Assembly: GCA_007132715.1 (NCBI GenBank)
Contig: SLOE01000047.1
Location: 24,741 to 88,740 of the forward strand
Source: Bacteroidales bacterium
Lineage (GTDB): Bacteria > Bacteroidota > Bacteroidia > Bacteroidales > PUMT01
Length of the DNA stretch: 64,000 bases
Direction of reading: 5' to 3'
Part shown: in pieces, positions 30,998 to 40,490 of the stretch
Layout: every line of letters begins with the position of its first letter
Position numbering within the stretch: position 1 is the stretch's first letter
The notes under the pieces: model-generated
Told to the model about the DNA's origin: nothing
Databases searched by the model: none
The model's input: only the letters and a program-made list of their open reading frames with translations
Position numbers and translations under genes: made by a program

Positions 30998-32389
30998 ATG
31001 AAGAATAAGTATGTTGATCTGATAGAGCAGACATTTGAATTTCCGCAAGAGGAGTTCAAAGTAGAGGAAAATGAACTCTACTTTAACGATATTCCGCTGA
31101 TGGATGTTATCAAACAGTACGGAACACCGCTTAAGATTACATATCTTCCCAGGATCAGCGAAAAGATCCAGCAGGCGAAGAAATGGTTCAATGTTGCCAT
31201 TGCCAAGGCCGATTATAACGGTGACTACCATTACTGTTACTGCACAAAAAGTTCGCATTTCTCCTTCGTTCTGGAAAAGGTACTCGAAAACGACGTTCAC
31301 CTGGAAACATCATCGGCATTTGACCTGAACATCATTGAGGAGCTTTATCAGACCGGACTTATAAACAAGGATATATATATCGTATGCAACGGTTTCAAAA
31401 GGCCCCAGTACATAGAAAACATAGCCGGATTTATCAACAGTGGTTTCTCCAATACAATTCCTGTACTCGATAATATGTTTGAGCTCGACCAGCTCAACAA
31501 ACTGACAAACACCAAATACAAAGTAGGAATAAGGATTGCCTCAGAGGAGGAGCCCAAATTTGAGTTCTACACATCAAGGCTGGGTATCAGGTATAATGAC
31601 ATAGTCTCATTCTACCAGGAAAAGATAAAGCCCAACCCCAATCTTGAACTGAAGATGCTGCATTTCTTCATTAACACGGGCATATCAGACAATGCCTATT
31701 ACTGGAACGAGCTTTCGAAGTGCGTCAATGTTTATTGTGACCTCAAGAAGATCTGCCCTGAATTGGACTCACTGAACATAGGCGGCGGCTTCCCAATTAA
31801 AAATTCATTATCGTTTGATTACGATTATGAGTATATGGCCGAAGAGATCATTGCCCAGATCAAGAACATATGTGAACGGAATGAAATACCCGAACCGGAC
31901 ATTTTTACCGAATTCGGGTCATACACGGTAGCCGAAAGCAGCGCAGTTCTATATTCTGTACTCGGACAAAAAAGACAGAATGACCGTGAAATATGGAACA
32001 TGATAGACTCCTCCTTCATGACCACATTGCCTGATACATGGGCCCTGAACAAGAGGTTTATTCTTCTGGCGGTAAACAACTGGGATGAGGAGTATGAAAG
32101 GGTGTTTCTCGGGGGACTTACCTGTGACAGTGAAGATTATTATAATTCGGAAGCCCACGCGAACGCCATCTTCCTGCCAAAGATCAGAAACGGGGAGCCT
32201 CAGTATATAGGGCTTTTCCACACCGGTGCATACCAGGAATCGATCGGAGGCTACGGGGGAATCCAGCATTGCCTGATCCCCGCCCCGAAACATATAATTA
32301 TTGACCTCGATGAAGAGGAAGAGATTACAACAAAACTTTTTGCCAAGGAACAAAGCCATAAATCGATGCTTAAAATTCTTGGCTATTAG
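30998..32389 (+). CDS. speA: PLP-dependent (alanine-racemase-fold) arginine decarboxylase
   Basis: 463 aa with YCYCTKSSHF (Lys region), NIGGGFP and GGLTCDSEDY. Confidence 0.8.
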   Translation: MKNKYVDLIEQTFEFPQEEFKVEENELYFNDIPLMDVIKQYGTPLKITYLPRISEKIQQAKKWFNVAIAKADYNGDYHYCYCTKSSHFSFVLEKVLENDVHLETSSAFDLNIIEELYQTGLINKDIYIVCNGFKRPQYIENIAGFINSGFSNTIPVLDNMFELDQLNKLTNTKYKVGIRIASEEEPKFEFYTSRLGIRYNDIVSFYQEKIKPNPNLELKMLHFFINTGISDNAYYWNELSKCVNVYCDLKKICPELDSLNIGGGFPIKNSLSFDYDYEYMAEEIIAQIKNICERNEIPEPDIFTEFGSYTVAESSAVLYSVLGQKRQNDREIWNMIDSSFMTTLPDTWALNKRFILLAVNNWDEEYERVFLGGLTCDSEDYYNSEAHANAIFLPKIRNGEPQYIGLFHTGAYQESIGGYGGIQHCLIPAPKHIIIDLDEEEEITTKLFAKEQSHKSMLKILGY

Positions 32390-32412
32390 TGCTATTTTAA
32401 AATTCATCAATT

Positions 32413-33267
32413 ATGACTAATTTCGGGGGGCTCCCTGAGGAGTTTTCAAAAGAGGAGACTTCAGCAATAGTTATCCTGCCAGTCCCGTATGACGGAACAA
32501 GCACCTGGATAAAGGGGGCTGACAAAGGTCCGCAGGCTATCAATGAAGCTTCTTCAAACATGGAACTCTACGATATTGAAACCGATAGCGAGGTCTATCT
32601 CAGGGGCATCCATACATCTGCACCGGTAACCGAGACCTCAGGGCCGGAGATGATGTCAGCTGCTGTTTACGAAAGAGCGGGACATTACCTTGACAGGGGA
32701 AAATACCTGGTTGTAACAGGCGGGGAACATTCTGTATCAATAGGCAGCATGAAGGCCTTTGCTGAAAGATACAATGAACTTACGTTCCTTCAGATCGATG
32801 CTCACAGCGATATGAGGAATGAATACGAAGGGTCAGGACATAATCATGCCTGTGTCATGGCCAGAGCCAGCGAGATGGCACCGGTGGTACAGGTAGGTAT
32901 CAGGGCTGTCGATTCGGCTGAGTTAAGCCTTATCAACACTGAGAAGGTATTTTTCGCCCACCAGATACATGACAACGATAAATGGATGGACAAGGCTGTC
33001 AGCATGCTCACTGAAAATGTATACCTTACAATAGATCTCGATGCTCTCGACCCGTCAATAATGCCCTCAACCGGCACTCCCGAGCCGGGCGGTATGGGAT
33101 GGTATCAGACACTTGAATTCATCAGGAAGGTAATTGCTGCCAGGAACCTTGCAGGGTTCGATGTTGTCGAACTTTGCCCGTCCAAAGATAACAAGGCCCC
33201 GGATTTTCTGGCGGCAAAGCTTATCTATATGATATTAAGCATGCAGTTTGCAAAAAAAAGAACATAA
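32413..33267 (+). CDS. speB: Agmatinase (ureohydrolase family)
   Basis: 284 aa with GGEHSVS, QIDAHSDMR and the DLDALDPS Mn-ligand motifs. Confidence 0.9.
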   Translation: MTNFGGLPEEFSKEETSAIVILPVPYDGTSTWIKGADKGPQAINEASSNMELYDIETDSEVYLRGIHTSAPVTETSGPEMMSAAVYERAGHYLDRGKYLVVTGGEHSVSIGSMKAFAERYNELTFLQIDAHSDMRNEYEGSGHNHACVMARASEMAPVVQVGIRAVDSAELSLINTEKVFFAHQIHDNDKWMDKAVSMLTENVYLTIDLDALDPSIMPSTGTPEPGGMGWYQTLEFIRKVIAARNLAGFDVVELCPSKDNKAPDFLAAKLIYMILSMQFAKKRT

Positions 33268-33285
33268 ATCAAAAGATAATATAAA

Positions 33286-34326
33286 ATGGGAAAAAAAGAT
33301 TTTCTGAAAGACCCGGTAAAGCACATCGACATCAAGGCATTCGATGCTACAGCCATTATCGATTCAATGCGTGACATGTCTTTCACATCGCGCGACACTG
33401 CGTCTGCAGCCGACATATATACCAGGATGCTCAAGGAGGACGGCTGCTCGGTAATTCTGACCCTTGCCGGAAGCACAAGCGCAGGAGGCTGCATGCAGGT
33501 ATACGTTGATATGGTAAAAAGCAATATGGTAGACGCCATTGTGGCCACAGGTGCGTCAATTGTGGATATGGACTTTTTCGAGGCACTGGGCTTTAAACAT
33601 TACAAGGGCTCACCGGATGCCGATGACAAAAAGCTCCGGGAATTTTATATTGACAGGATATACGACACCTACATTGATGAGGAGGAGTTGCAGATATGCG
33701 ACCACACGATAAAGGAGATTGCGGGCCGCATGGAGCCCGGAGCATATTCATCAAGGGAGTTTATCAGGGAGATGGGCAGATACCTTGTTGACAACTCAAA
33801 GAAAAAAGATTCTCTTGTACAGGTATGTTTTGAAATGAATGTGCCGATATTCTGCCCGGCTTTTACAGACAGCAGTGCAGGATTTGGCCTGGTGAAGCAT
33901 CTATGGGACAATCCGGACAGGCACATAGCAATTGATTCTGTCAAAGACTTCCTGGAACTTACAAGAATAAAGATGGCCGCACCCACTACCGGTCTCTTTA
34001 TGATCGGTGGAGGGGTGCCTAAAAACTTTACACAGGATACCGTGATCTGTGCCGAAATACTCGGCAAGGATGTAGAAATGCACAAATATGCAATCCAGAT
34101 TACGGTTGCAGATGCAAGAGACGGCGCATGCTCAAGTTCTACACTCAAGGAAGCCTCCTCCTGGGGTAAGGTTGACACTCTATATGAACAGATGGTATAT
34201 GCCGAAGCAACATCGGTACTTCCATTGATAGCAAGCTACCTTTATCACAAAGGCGACTGGAGGGCACGCACCAGAAAAGAGTGGTCAAAAATGCTCGATA
34301 AAATTCCTGCCATGAACAAGGGGTAA
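33286..34326 (+). CDS. Deoxyhypusine synthase-family protein (candidate homospermidine synthase)
   Basis: 346 aa with LTLAGSTSAGG, IVATGASIVDMD, IGGGVPKNF and EASSWGKV, which are DHS-family blocks. Confidence 0.85.
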   Translation: MGKKDFLKDPVKHIDIKAFDATAIIDSMRDMSFTSRDTASAADIYTRMLKEDGCSVILTLAGSTSAGGCMQVYVDMVKSNMVDAIVATGASIVDMDFFEALGFKHYKGSPDADDKKLREFYIDRIYDTYIDEEELQICDHTIKEIAGRMEPGAYSSREFIREMGRYLVDNSKKKDSLVQVCFEMNVPIFCPAFTDSSAGFGLVKHLWDNPDRHIAIDSVKDFLELTRIKMAAPTTGLFMIGGGVPKNFTQDTVICAEILGKDVEMHKYAIQITVADARDGACSSSTLKEASSWGKVDTLYEQMVYAEATSVLPLIASYLYHKGDWRARTRKEWSKMLDKIPAMNKG

Positions 34327-34370
34327 AAACACCTGCCGGCCACAAACACACATGACCGCCACAAAAACAG

Positions 34371-34396
34371 CTGCCCGCCCTTTTAAGAGCGGGCAG
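34371..34396 (-). terminator. Hairpin between convergent dhs-like and ompA-like genes
   Basis: CTGCCCGC-n10-GCGGGCAG. The minus-strand reading is followed by cTGTTTTTG. Confidence 0.45.
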
Positions 34397-34434
34397 TAAT
34401 AATTTTAATCCAGCCGTATTGATCCGAAAGCGGA

Positions 34435-36399
34435 TTATTGATAATCTGTTGAAAGTACCTCAAACTCCGTGCGCCGGTTTATCTGGTGTGCAGTTTCTCT
34501 CATTTCTTCGGATTCGAGCGACTCTATAAATTCTTCGGTAAGTACTGTACCTTCCGGCAGGAATGAGTAGACCTCAGCCAGGCGCTCATCCACGACCCGG
34601 GGACGGGATTTGCCGTATCCTGCAGCCACCAGCCTGTCTGCTTCTATCCCGTTTTCGATAAGGTAATCTACTACCGACTGTGCGCGCCTTTGCGAGAGAT
34701 TTATGTTGAAATCGGCGCCGCCCCTCGAATCGGTATGTGATGCAAGTTCAATAGTAATGTGGGGATTGTCGTTGAGGATTTCGACCAGCCTGTCCAGGGC
34801 AACCATCGATTCAGGACGGAGGTCCCACCTGGCAAAATCATAGAAAATATCGGTAAGCTCAATTGGCCTGGCAAACGACTGGATATCAATTGCAACAGAA
34901 AAATCCTCGCTGCGATCAAGTCCCCGTGTCGAAACCCCGGCTTTATCAGTGAGATACCCCTCATAAGATGCGAGAAACACATAATCGGCTCCCGGCCGGA
35001 GCATAAACCTGAATTCTCCATTATCACCGGTGGTTACACGCAGTATGGAACCGTCACTGCCAACCATCTGAACCCTTGCCCCCGGCATCTCCTCGCCGGA
35101 TTCAATGTCCCTTACAACACCGGACACATTGAAACTGAGCGGCGGCATATAAAATGAGAAGATATTGTCAACACTGCGCCTGCCCCTGTTTGAACTGAAA
35201 TATCCTCTCTCAGTATTCCTTTCGAACACTATTCCAAAATCATCAGAAGGAGAGTTAATGGGATACCCCATGTTGTAAACACTCCAGCCTCCTTCTTCAT
35301 TACTGACTGCCCTGAAAATATCCAGCCCACCCATTCCGGGATGTCCGTTCGACGAGAAATAGAGTGAGCCGTCATGGTGGACATAGGGAAACACTTCATC
35401 TCCTTCAGTATTAATATCCGGCCCCAGGTTCAGGGGATCGCCCCAGGGGGCATTTTCACCATCCCGGGTTACTTTCCAGATATCCTTTCCTCCTATTCCT
35501 CCGGGCATATCCGAAACAAAATAGAGTGTCAGTCCGTCCGGTGATATGGCCGGATGAGCAGCAACAAGTGTATCGGGGGCCAGGTTCAGCACTTCAGGCC
35601 TGACCCAGCCACCGCCACTGCGTCTAGCATGATAGATCTGGCAGCCATTGTTCCTTCTGCGAACAGCCTTGCAACTGGTGAAGTACATCTCCAGGTAATC
35701 TCTTGTGAATGAAGGAGTGCCTTCATCAAAATCCGAATTGATACCTTCAACGGGTGACGGGCTGCTCCAGATACCCTGCCGGTCCTTCCTTGATTCATAA
35801 ATGTTGGCAAAATATTCACCTGTAGCTCCGTGCCTGTGACCGTCCTCGCCCTTTCTTGCCGATGTGAAATATACCAGAGTGTAATCTTCGCTTGCAAATG
35901 CAGGAGAATAATCACTCTCCCTGGAATTGAAAAAATTTACCTCATCAATTTCATAGGGAGATGGATTCTCAATCCAGTACATAGCCAGTTCTGACGATTT
36001 TATCCCGGCCTCCCCCCTGGGATCACCCGGAACCAGCTCACTGAATATCCTGAACTGTTCAATGGCCTCCTCATACTTCTCATTCATCTTCAGGGCCTCG
36101 GCATAGTACCAGTGTACCTCCGGGTTATCGTAATTCCGGTTTATTGCCCTTCTGAACCAGTTTTCTGCCAGCCGGGCCTCTGAAAGTTTCAGGTAGCACC
36201 GGGCTATCTTGAATACTATCTCGGTTCGCAAATCCCGGTCATTTATGGCTGAATATGCATTCCTGTACAAATCAACTGCCTCATAATACTCACCCGCTGC
36301 ATATGCACTTTCAGCCCGGTCCAGGCGCCTTGACTGCCCTGACATATCAAAACAGATCAGAAGACCGGCAAAGACAAGCAGCATGAAACATGATCTCAT
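34435..36399 (-). CDS. OmpA-family outer-membrane/periplasmic protein with TPR, TolB-like beta-propeller, CarboxypepD_reg-like and OmpA C-terminal domains
   Basis: The start is set at MRSCFMLLVFAGLLICF. PD40-like repeats are present (YFTSAR, YFVSD, YFSSN). The OmpA_C region reads ELASHTDSRGGADFNINLSQRRAQSV. Confidence 0.85.
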   Translation of the reverse strand: MRSCFMLLVFAGLLICFDMSGQSRRLDRAESAYAAGEYYEAVDLYRNAYSAINDRDLRTEIVFKIARCYLKLSEARLAENWFRRAINRNYDNPEVHWYYAEALKMNEKYEEAIEQFRIFSELVPGDPRGEAGIKSSELAMYWIENPSPYEIDEVNFFNSRESDYSPAFASEDYTLVYFTSARKGEDGHRHGATGEYFANIYESRKDRQGIWSSPSPVEGINSDFDEGTPSFTRDYLEMYFTSCKAVRRRNNGCQIYHARRSGGGWVRPEVLNLAPDTLVAAHPAISPDGLTLYFVSDMPGGIGGKDIWKVTRDGENAPWGDPLNLGPDINTEGDEVFPYVHHDGSLYFSSNGHPGMGGLDIFRAVSNEEGGWSVYNMGYPINSPSDDFGIVFERNTERGYFSSNRGRRSVDNIFSFYMPPLSFNVSGVVRDIESGEEMPGARVQMVGSDGSILRVTTGDNGEFRFMLRPGADYVFLASYEGYLTDKAGVSTRGLDRSEDFSVAIDIQSFARPIELTDIFYDFARWDLRPESMVALDRLVEILNDNPHITIELASHTDSRGGADFNINLSQRRAQSVVDYLIENGIEADRLVAAGYGKSRPRVVDERLAEVYSFLPEGTVLTEEFIESLESEEMRETAHQINRRTEFEVLSTDYQ

Positions 36400-36583
36400 A
36401 CCAGGAAGCTTTTTTGTGTTAACATGTAAAAGTAGAAATTTTTCTTTAATCCCAACATGGGGGTTTAATGGAATCAAACTATCTTTCCCGCTTTGTTTCA
36501 ATACCAGTTTATATAACAAAACCGGGACACAAAATATTGTCCCGGTTTGCACACTTATGAAAATACAACCTACCCTTCACTCT

Positions 36584-38773
36584 TTACCTGATGAAAAGCA
36601 GCTCCCTGTATTTGGGCAGCGGCCATATCTCATCATCAACTATCATTTCCAGGTGATCTATCTGGTAACGTATCTCATCGAGGTACGGTTTAACATTATC
36701 GGCATACATCCTTGCTTTCTCCCCGACATCATCGATAACATTTGACTTCCTTCGTTCGTCAATCATATTGTTAACCTTGATATTCACCATAGCGGCACGG
36801 CTTGAGATCTCCCGGATTGATGCAAGCTGGGTGCCCGCGAGTTTTTCAAAATCTTTCTCTGCAAAGAGTTCCTTCAAACCTTTTACGTTCTCTATCAGAA
36901 CATTCTGGTACTTGTAAACAGTTGGAAGAATATGATTGATCGACAGGTCTCCGAGGACTCTTGCCTCTATCTGCAGTTTCTTGGTGTATTTCTCAATGTC
37001 AATTTCAAGCCGCGCATCAAGCTCACGGGGAGTTAAAACATTCATTTCTGAAAAAAGTGCCTTTGATTTATCAGCAACCATGGCAGAAAGAGCGTCAAGA
37101 ACATCATTCACATTGGAAAGGCCCCTCTTCTCAGCCTCTTTTTTCCATTCATCAGAGTAGTTATTCCCGTCAAACCTGACCTTCTTTGATGAAACAATGA
37201 ACTGCTTGATGACCTGGAAGACAGCCTCATCTTTTTTCACACCCTTTTCAATCAGTTTATCAACCTCATTTTTAAACTCCTTAAGCTGGCTGGCAACTAT
37301 GGTGTTGAGAGCTATCATCGGGGATGCAACATTTGTTGATGCGCCTACCGCCCTGAACTCAAACCGGTTACCCGTAAATGCAAATGGCGAGGTACGGTTG
37401 CGGTCAGTGTTGTCGGGCATTATCTCCGGTATCTTTCCCACATCGAGTTTCAGCTCGGTTTTTTCATCGGGGCTCATCTTCTTTCCGGATACCCTTGCCT
37501 CAAGCTCATCCAGTATCTTGTTCATCTCGCTTCCGAGGAAAACAGACATTATTGCCGGTGGTGCCTCGGCTGCCCCAAGTCTGTGCTCATTACCGAGGGA
37601 AACTATACTTGACCTGAGCAGATCCTGATATTCGAACACCCCCTTGATTACAGAAATGAAAAATGTGAGAAACAGCATATTGGTCCTGGGAGTCTTACCC
37701 GGCGCGAACAGATTTGTGCCGCTGTCGGTAATAATCGACCAGTTACAGTGCTTGCCCGACCCATTGACATCCTTGTAGGGCTTTTCATGGAAAAGCACCT
37801 TGAAGTTATGCCGTTTTGCCACACGCTTCATTATTGTCATAAGAAGCTGGTTGTGGTCAACCGCAAGATTTACCTCCTCAAAGACCGGGGCGCATTCGTA
37901 CTGGTTTGGTGCAACTTCATTATGACGGGTTTTGACAGGTATACCGAGTTTATAAGCCTCAATCTCAAACTCACGCATGAACGCCGACACCCTCATCGGT
38001 ATGTAACCGAAATAATGGTCAGCGAGCTGCTGGTCCTTTGCAGAAGAGTGTCCCATAAGAGTCCTGTCAGTAAGCTTGAGGTCCGGCCTTGCATTAAAAA
38101 GGGCATCATCGACAAGAAAATATTCCTGCTCACAACCAAGGCCGATATAAACCTTTGACACACTTTTGTCAAAATAGTTGCACAGTTCAACAGCGGCCCG
38201 GTCAACCGCCTCTATTGATTTAAGCAACGGTGTCTTATAGTCAAGCGAATCCCCTTTGAAAGAAATGTAAACAGAAGGGATGCAAAAGGTACTGCCCATT
38301 ACAAAAGCGGGCGAGGACGGGTCCCACGCCGTATAACCACGGGCCTCAAAGGTGTTTCTCATTCCGCCGCTTGGAAGGCTGGATGCATCAGGCTCCTGCT
38401 GCACAAGGTTACCGCCGTCAAAATTCTCTATCACAGAAACATCTGAAGAAGGCTCAAAAAATGCATCGTGTTTCTCTGCAGTGGCACCAGTCAGGGGATG
38501 GAACCAGTGTGTGTAGTGCGTAGCACCGCGGTCAACTGCCCAGGCTTTCATGCCGGAAGCAATCTGGTTTGAGACCTTCCGGTCCACCTTTGTACCCCTG
38601 TCAATTGCTTCAATAACACTGGCAAAAGCCTCCTGCGAGAGATATTCCTGCATTTTCCTCTTGCTGAAGACATTAACACCAAAATATTCTGAGGTCTTGC
38701 CGGCAGGAAACTTAACTTCCTGCGGATACCGGGAGTTTGCTTTTTCCACGGCACTGAAACGGAGTGTACCCAT
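36584..38773 (-). CDS. glnN: Glutamine synthetase type III
   Basis: 729 aa, with the length and blocks typical of GSIII (HYTHWFHPLTG, GCEQEYFLVD, HNEVAPNQYE, NGSGKHCNWS). Confidence 0.95.
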   Translation of the reverse strand: MGTLRFSAVEKANSRYPQEVKFPAGKTSEYFGVNVFSKRKMQEYLSQEAFASVIEAIDRGTKVDRKVSNQIASGMKAWAVDRGATHYTHWFHPLTGATAEKHDAFFEPSSDVSVIENFDGGNLVQQEPDASSLPSGGMRNTFEARGYTAWDPSSPAFVMGSTFCIPSVYISFKGDSLDYKTPLLKSIEAVDRAAVELCNYFDKSVSKVYIGLGCEQEYFLVDDALFNARPDLKLTDRTLMGHSSAKDQQLADHYFGYIPMRVSAFMREFEIEAYKLGIPVKTRHNEVAPNQYECAPVFEEVNLAVDHNQLLMTIMKRVAKRHNFKVLFHEKPYKDVNGSGKHCNWSIITDSGTNLFAPGKTPRTNMLFLTFFISVIKGVFEYQDLLRSSIVSLGNEHRLGAAEAPPAIMSVFLGSEMNKILDELEARVSGKKMSPDEKTELKLDVGKIPEIMPDNTDRNRTSPFAFTGNRFEFRAVGASTNVASPMIALNTIVASQLKEFKNEVDKLIEKGVKKDEAVFQVIKQFIVSSKKVRFDGNNYSDEWKKEAEKRGLSNVNDVLDALSAMVADKSKALFSEMNVLTPRELDARLEIDIEKYTKKLQIEARVLGDLSINHILPTVYKYQNVLIENVKGLKELFAEKDFEKLAGTQLASIREISSRAAMVNIKVNNMIDERRKSNVIDDVGEKARMYADNVKPYLDEIRYQIDHLEMIVDDEIWPLPKYRELLFIR

Positions 38774-38822
38774 TAGCGGTTGTTTTTTAAATTATACTAA
38801 TATTCAAAATTGCTTTTCGGGT

Positions 38823-38830
38823 CAAATATA
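38823..38830 (-). promoter_or_regulatory. -7 box TATATTTG for glnN
   Basis: Minus-strand TAnnTTTG about 50 nt upstream of ATG 38773. Confidence 0.35.
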
Positions 38831-38833
38831 ATA

Positions 38834-38940
38834 TTTTTTCCTTACCCCCCCTATTATTTTCTCTTTTTTCTTTTTTTATTGCCTTTTTTATGTCCTTCCC
38901 CCCCTCTTTTCTGCATCCTATTGCACTTTTTTTAGCTTTT
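38834..38940. repeat. Polypyrimidine (plus strand) / polypurine (glnN strand) tract with duplicated C7 motif
   Basis: About 100 nt that is almost entirely C/T on the plus strand. TCCTTaCCCCCCCT (38839-38852) and TCCTTCCCCCCCT (38893-38905) have their C7 runs 53 nt apart. Confidence 0.8.
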
Positions 38941-38993
38941 TTCAGGCATCCCGAGAATTTACGTCAATAACAACAACTTAAATTTGCAGGGCC

Positions 38994-39027
38994 AAAAAAA
39001 GCCGGTACCTTCGATCCGGTACCGGCT
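38994..39027 (-). terminator. Rho-independent terminator of the M20 peptidase gene
   Basis: AGCCGGTACC-n8-GGTACCGGCT is a perfect 10-bp stem followed by T7 on the minus strand, 26 nt after the stop. Confidence 0.7.
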
Positions 39028-39053
39028 GTAATCCTGCAATAGCCTTATTATAA

Positions 39054-40427
39054 CTATTTCACTACCTCCTGGATATAATATTTATAGAACAGGGGAATGG
39101 TCTCAATCCCTTTGTAAAAATTCCAAAGGGGGTAATTTTCGTTGGGGGAGTGTATTGCATCGCTCTCAAGTCCGAATCCCATCAGGATAGACTTTACCCC
39201 GAGAACCTTCTCAAAAAGACTGATTATAGGTATGCTGCCACCGCTTCTAAAAGGAATCGGCTTTTTCCCAAAGGTATCTTCGTAAGCCTGGCTTGCCGCC
39301 CGGTAGGCCGGATGATCAACAGGAGAAACATAACCCTGTCCCCCATGCAGAAGCCTTGCATTTACCCTTACACCCGGCGGTGCAACTGACTCAAAGTGGG
39401 CTTTGAACATCTCATCAACCTTTCGGTAGTCCTGGTCGGGCACAAGCCTCATTGAGATCTTTGCATATGCTTTTGAGGGCAGGATGGTTTTTGCTCCTTC
39501 GCCCGTATATCCTCCCCAGATACCGTTAACATCAAGTGACGGCCTTGTGCCGGTACGTTCCATTGTCGAGTAACCTGCTTCCCCGCCAAGCTCATCCACA
39601 TCGATCTCCTTTTTGTACTGCTCTTCATCGAAAGGAGCTTCTGCCATTCCCTTTCGCTCCTCTTCACTGGCTTCAATAACGTCGTCATAGAATCCGGGAA
39701 TGGTTATCCGGTTATTCTCATCGGTAAGTGAGGCTATCATTTTGGCAAGGGTATTTACCGGATTTACGACAGCTCCGCCATAAAGACCGGAATGAAGATC
39801 ACGGTTCGGGCCTGTTACTTCTACTTCCATATAACTCAACCCCCTCAACCCGGTGGTAATTGAAGGCACTTCCCGTCCGATCATGCTTGTATCGGATACA
39901 AGGATGACATCGGACTTCAGTTTCCCGGCATTCGCTTCACAAAATTTGCCCAGGCTTGGAGAACCGATCTCCTCCTCGCCTTCGATCATGAATTTCACGT
40001 TGCTGGGCAATATCCCGTTGCTCACCATGTATTCAAATGCCTTTACATGCATGAACAACTGGCCCTTGTCATCATCTGCACCTCTTCCCCATATCCTGCC
40101 GTCACGTATCTCCGGTTCGAATGGAGGAGATTTCCAGAGATCGAGAGGTTCTGCCGGCTGGACATCATAGTGCCCGTAGACCATGACCACAGGCAGTGAA
40201 GGGTCTATGATCTTTTCTGCATAGACAACCGGGTGTCCGTCCGTAGAAATTACCTCGGCTACATCGGCTCCGGCCTCCAGCAGCGAGTTTTTGATATATT
40301 CGGTCGCACGTTGCATGTCAGGTTTATTCTCACTTTTTGAGCTCACCGAGGGGATCCTGATCAGCCCGAACAGCTCCTCAAGAAACCGGTCCCTGTTCTT
40401 TTCAATAAAATCATTAATATTTTCCAT
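39054..40427 (-). CDS. M20-family dipeptidase/metallo-hydrolase
   Basis: 457 aa with VYGHYDVQP, GRGADDDKG and MIEGEEEIGS, the metal-ligand blocks of M20. Confidence 0.9.
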   Translation of the reverse strand: MENINDFIEKNRDRFLEELFGLIRIPSVSSKSENKPDMQRATEYIKNSLLEAGADVAEVISTDGHPVVYAEKIIDPSLPVVMVYGHYDVQPAEPLDLWKSPPFEPEIRDGRIWGRGADDDKGQLFMHVKAFEYMVSNGILPSNVKFMIEGEEEIGSPSLGKFCEANAGKLKSDVILVSDTSMIGREVPSITTGLRGLSYMEVEVTGPNRDLHSGLYGGAVVNPVNTLAKMIASLTDENNRITIPGFYDDVIEASEEERKGMAEAPFDEEQYKKEIDVDELGGEAGYSTMERTGTRPSLDVNGIWGGYTGEGAKTILPSKAYAKISMRLVPDQDYRKVDEMFKAHFESVAPPGVRVNARLLHGGQGYVSPVDHPAYRAASQAYEDTFGKKPIPFRSGGSIPIISLFEKVLGVKSILMGFGLESDAIHSPNENYPLWNFYKGIETIPLFYKYYIQEVVK

Positions 40428-40490
40428 GGTATTTATATGAGTTTAGGTCAAAGATAACCAAACCACCTTAAAAAGCCGACCATAAAACCA

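Noticed and set aside
36400-36552. 51-codon N-terminal extension of the OmpA-family ORF, with similar upstream extensions at 688-786, 51714-51788, 52996-53028 and 54182-54373
   Set aside because: The extensions lack signal-peptide logic or overlap the preceding gene. Internal ATGs give canonical N-termini: a signal peptide, a Tat motif, a lipobox, the MoaA DRFxR start and the MoeA SFDEAL start.
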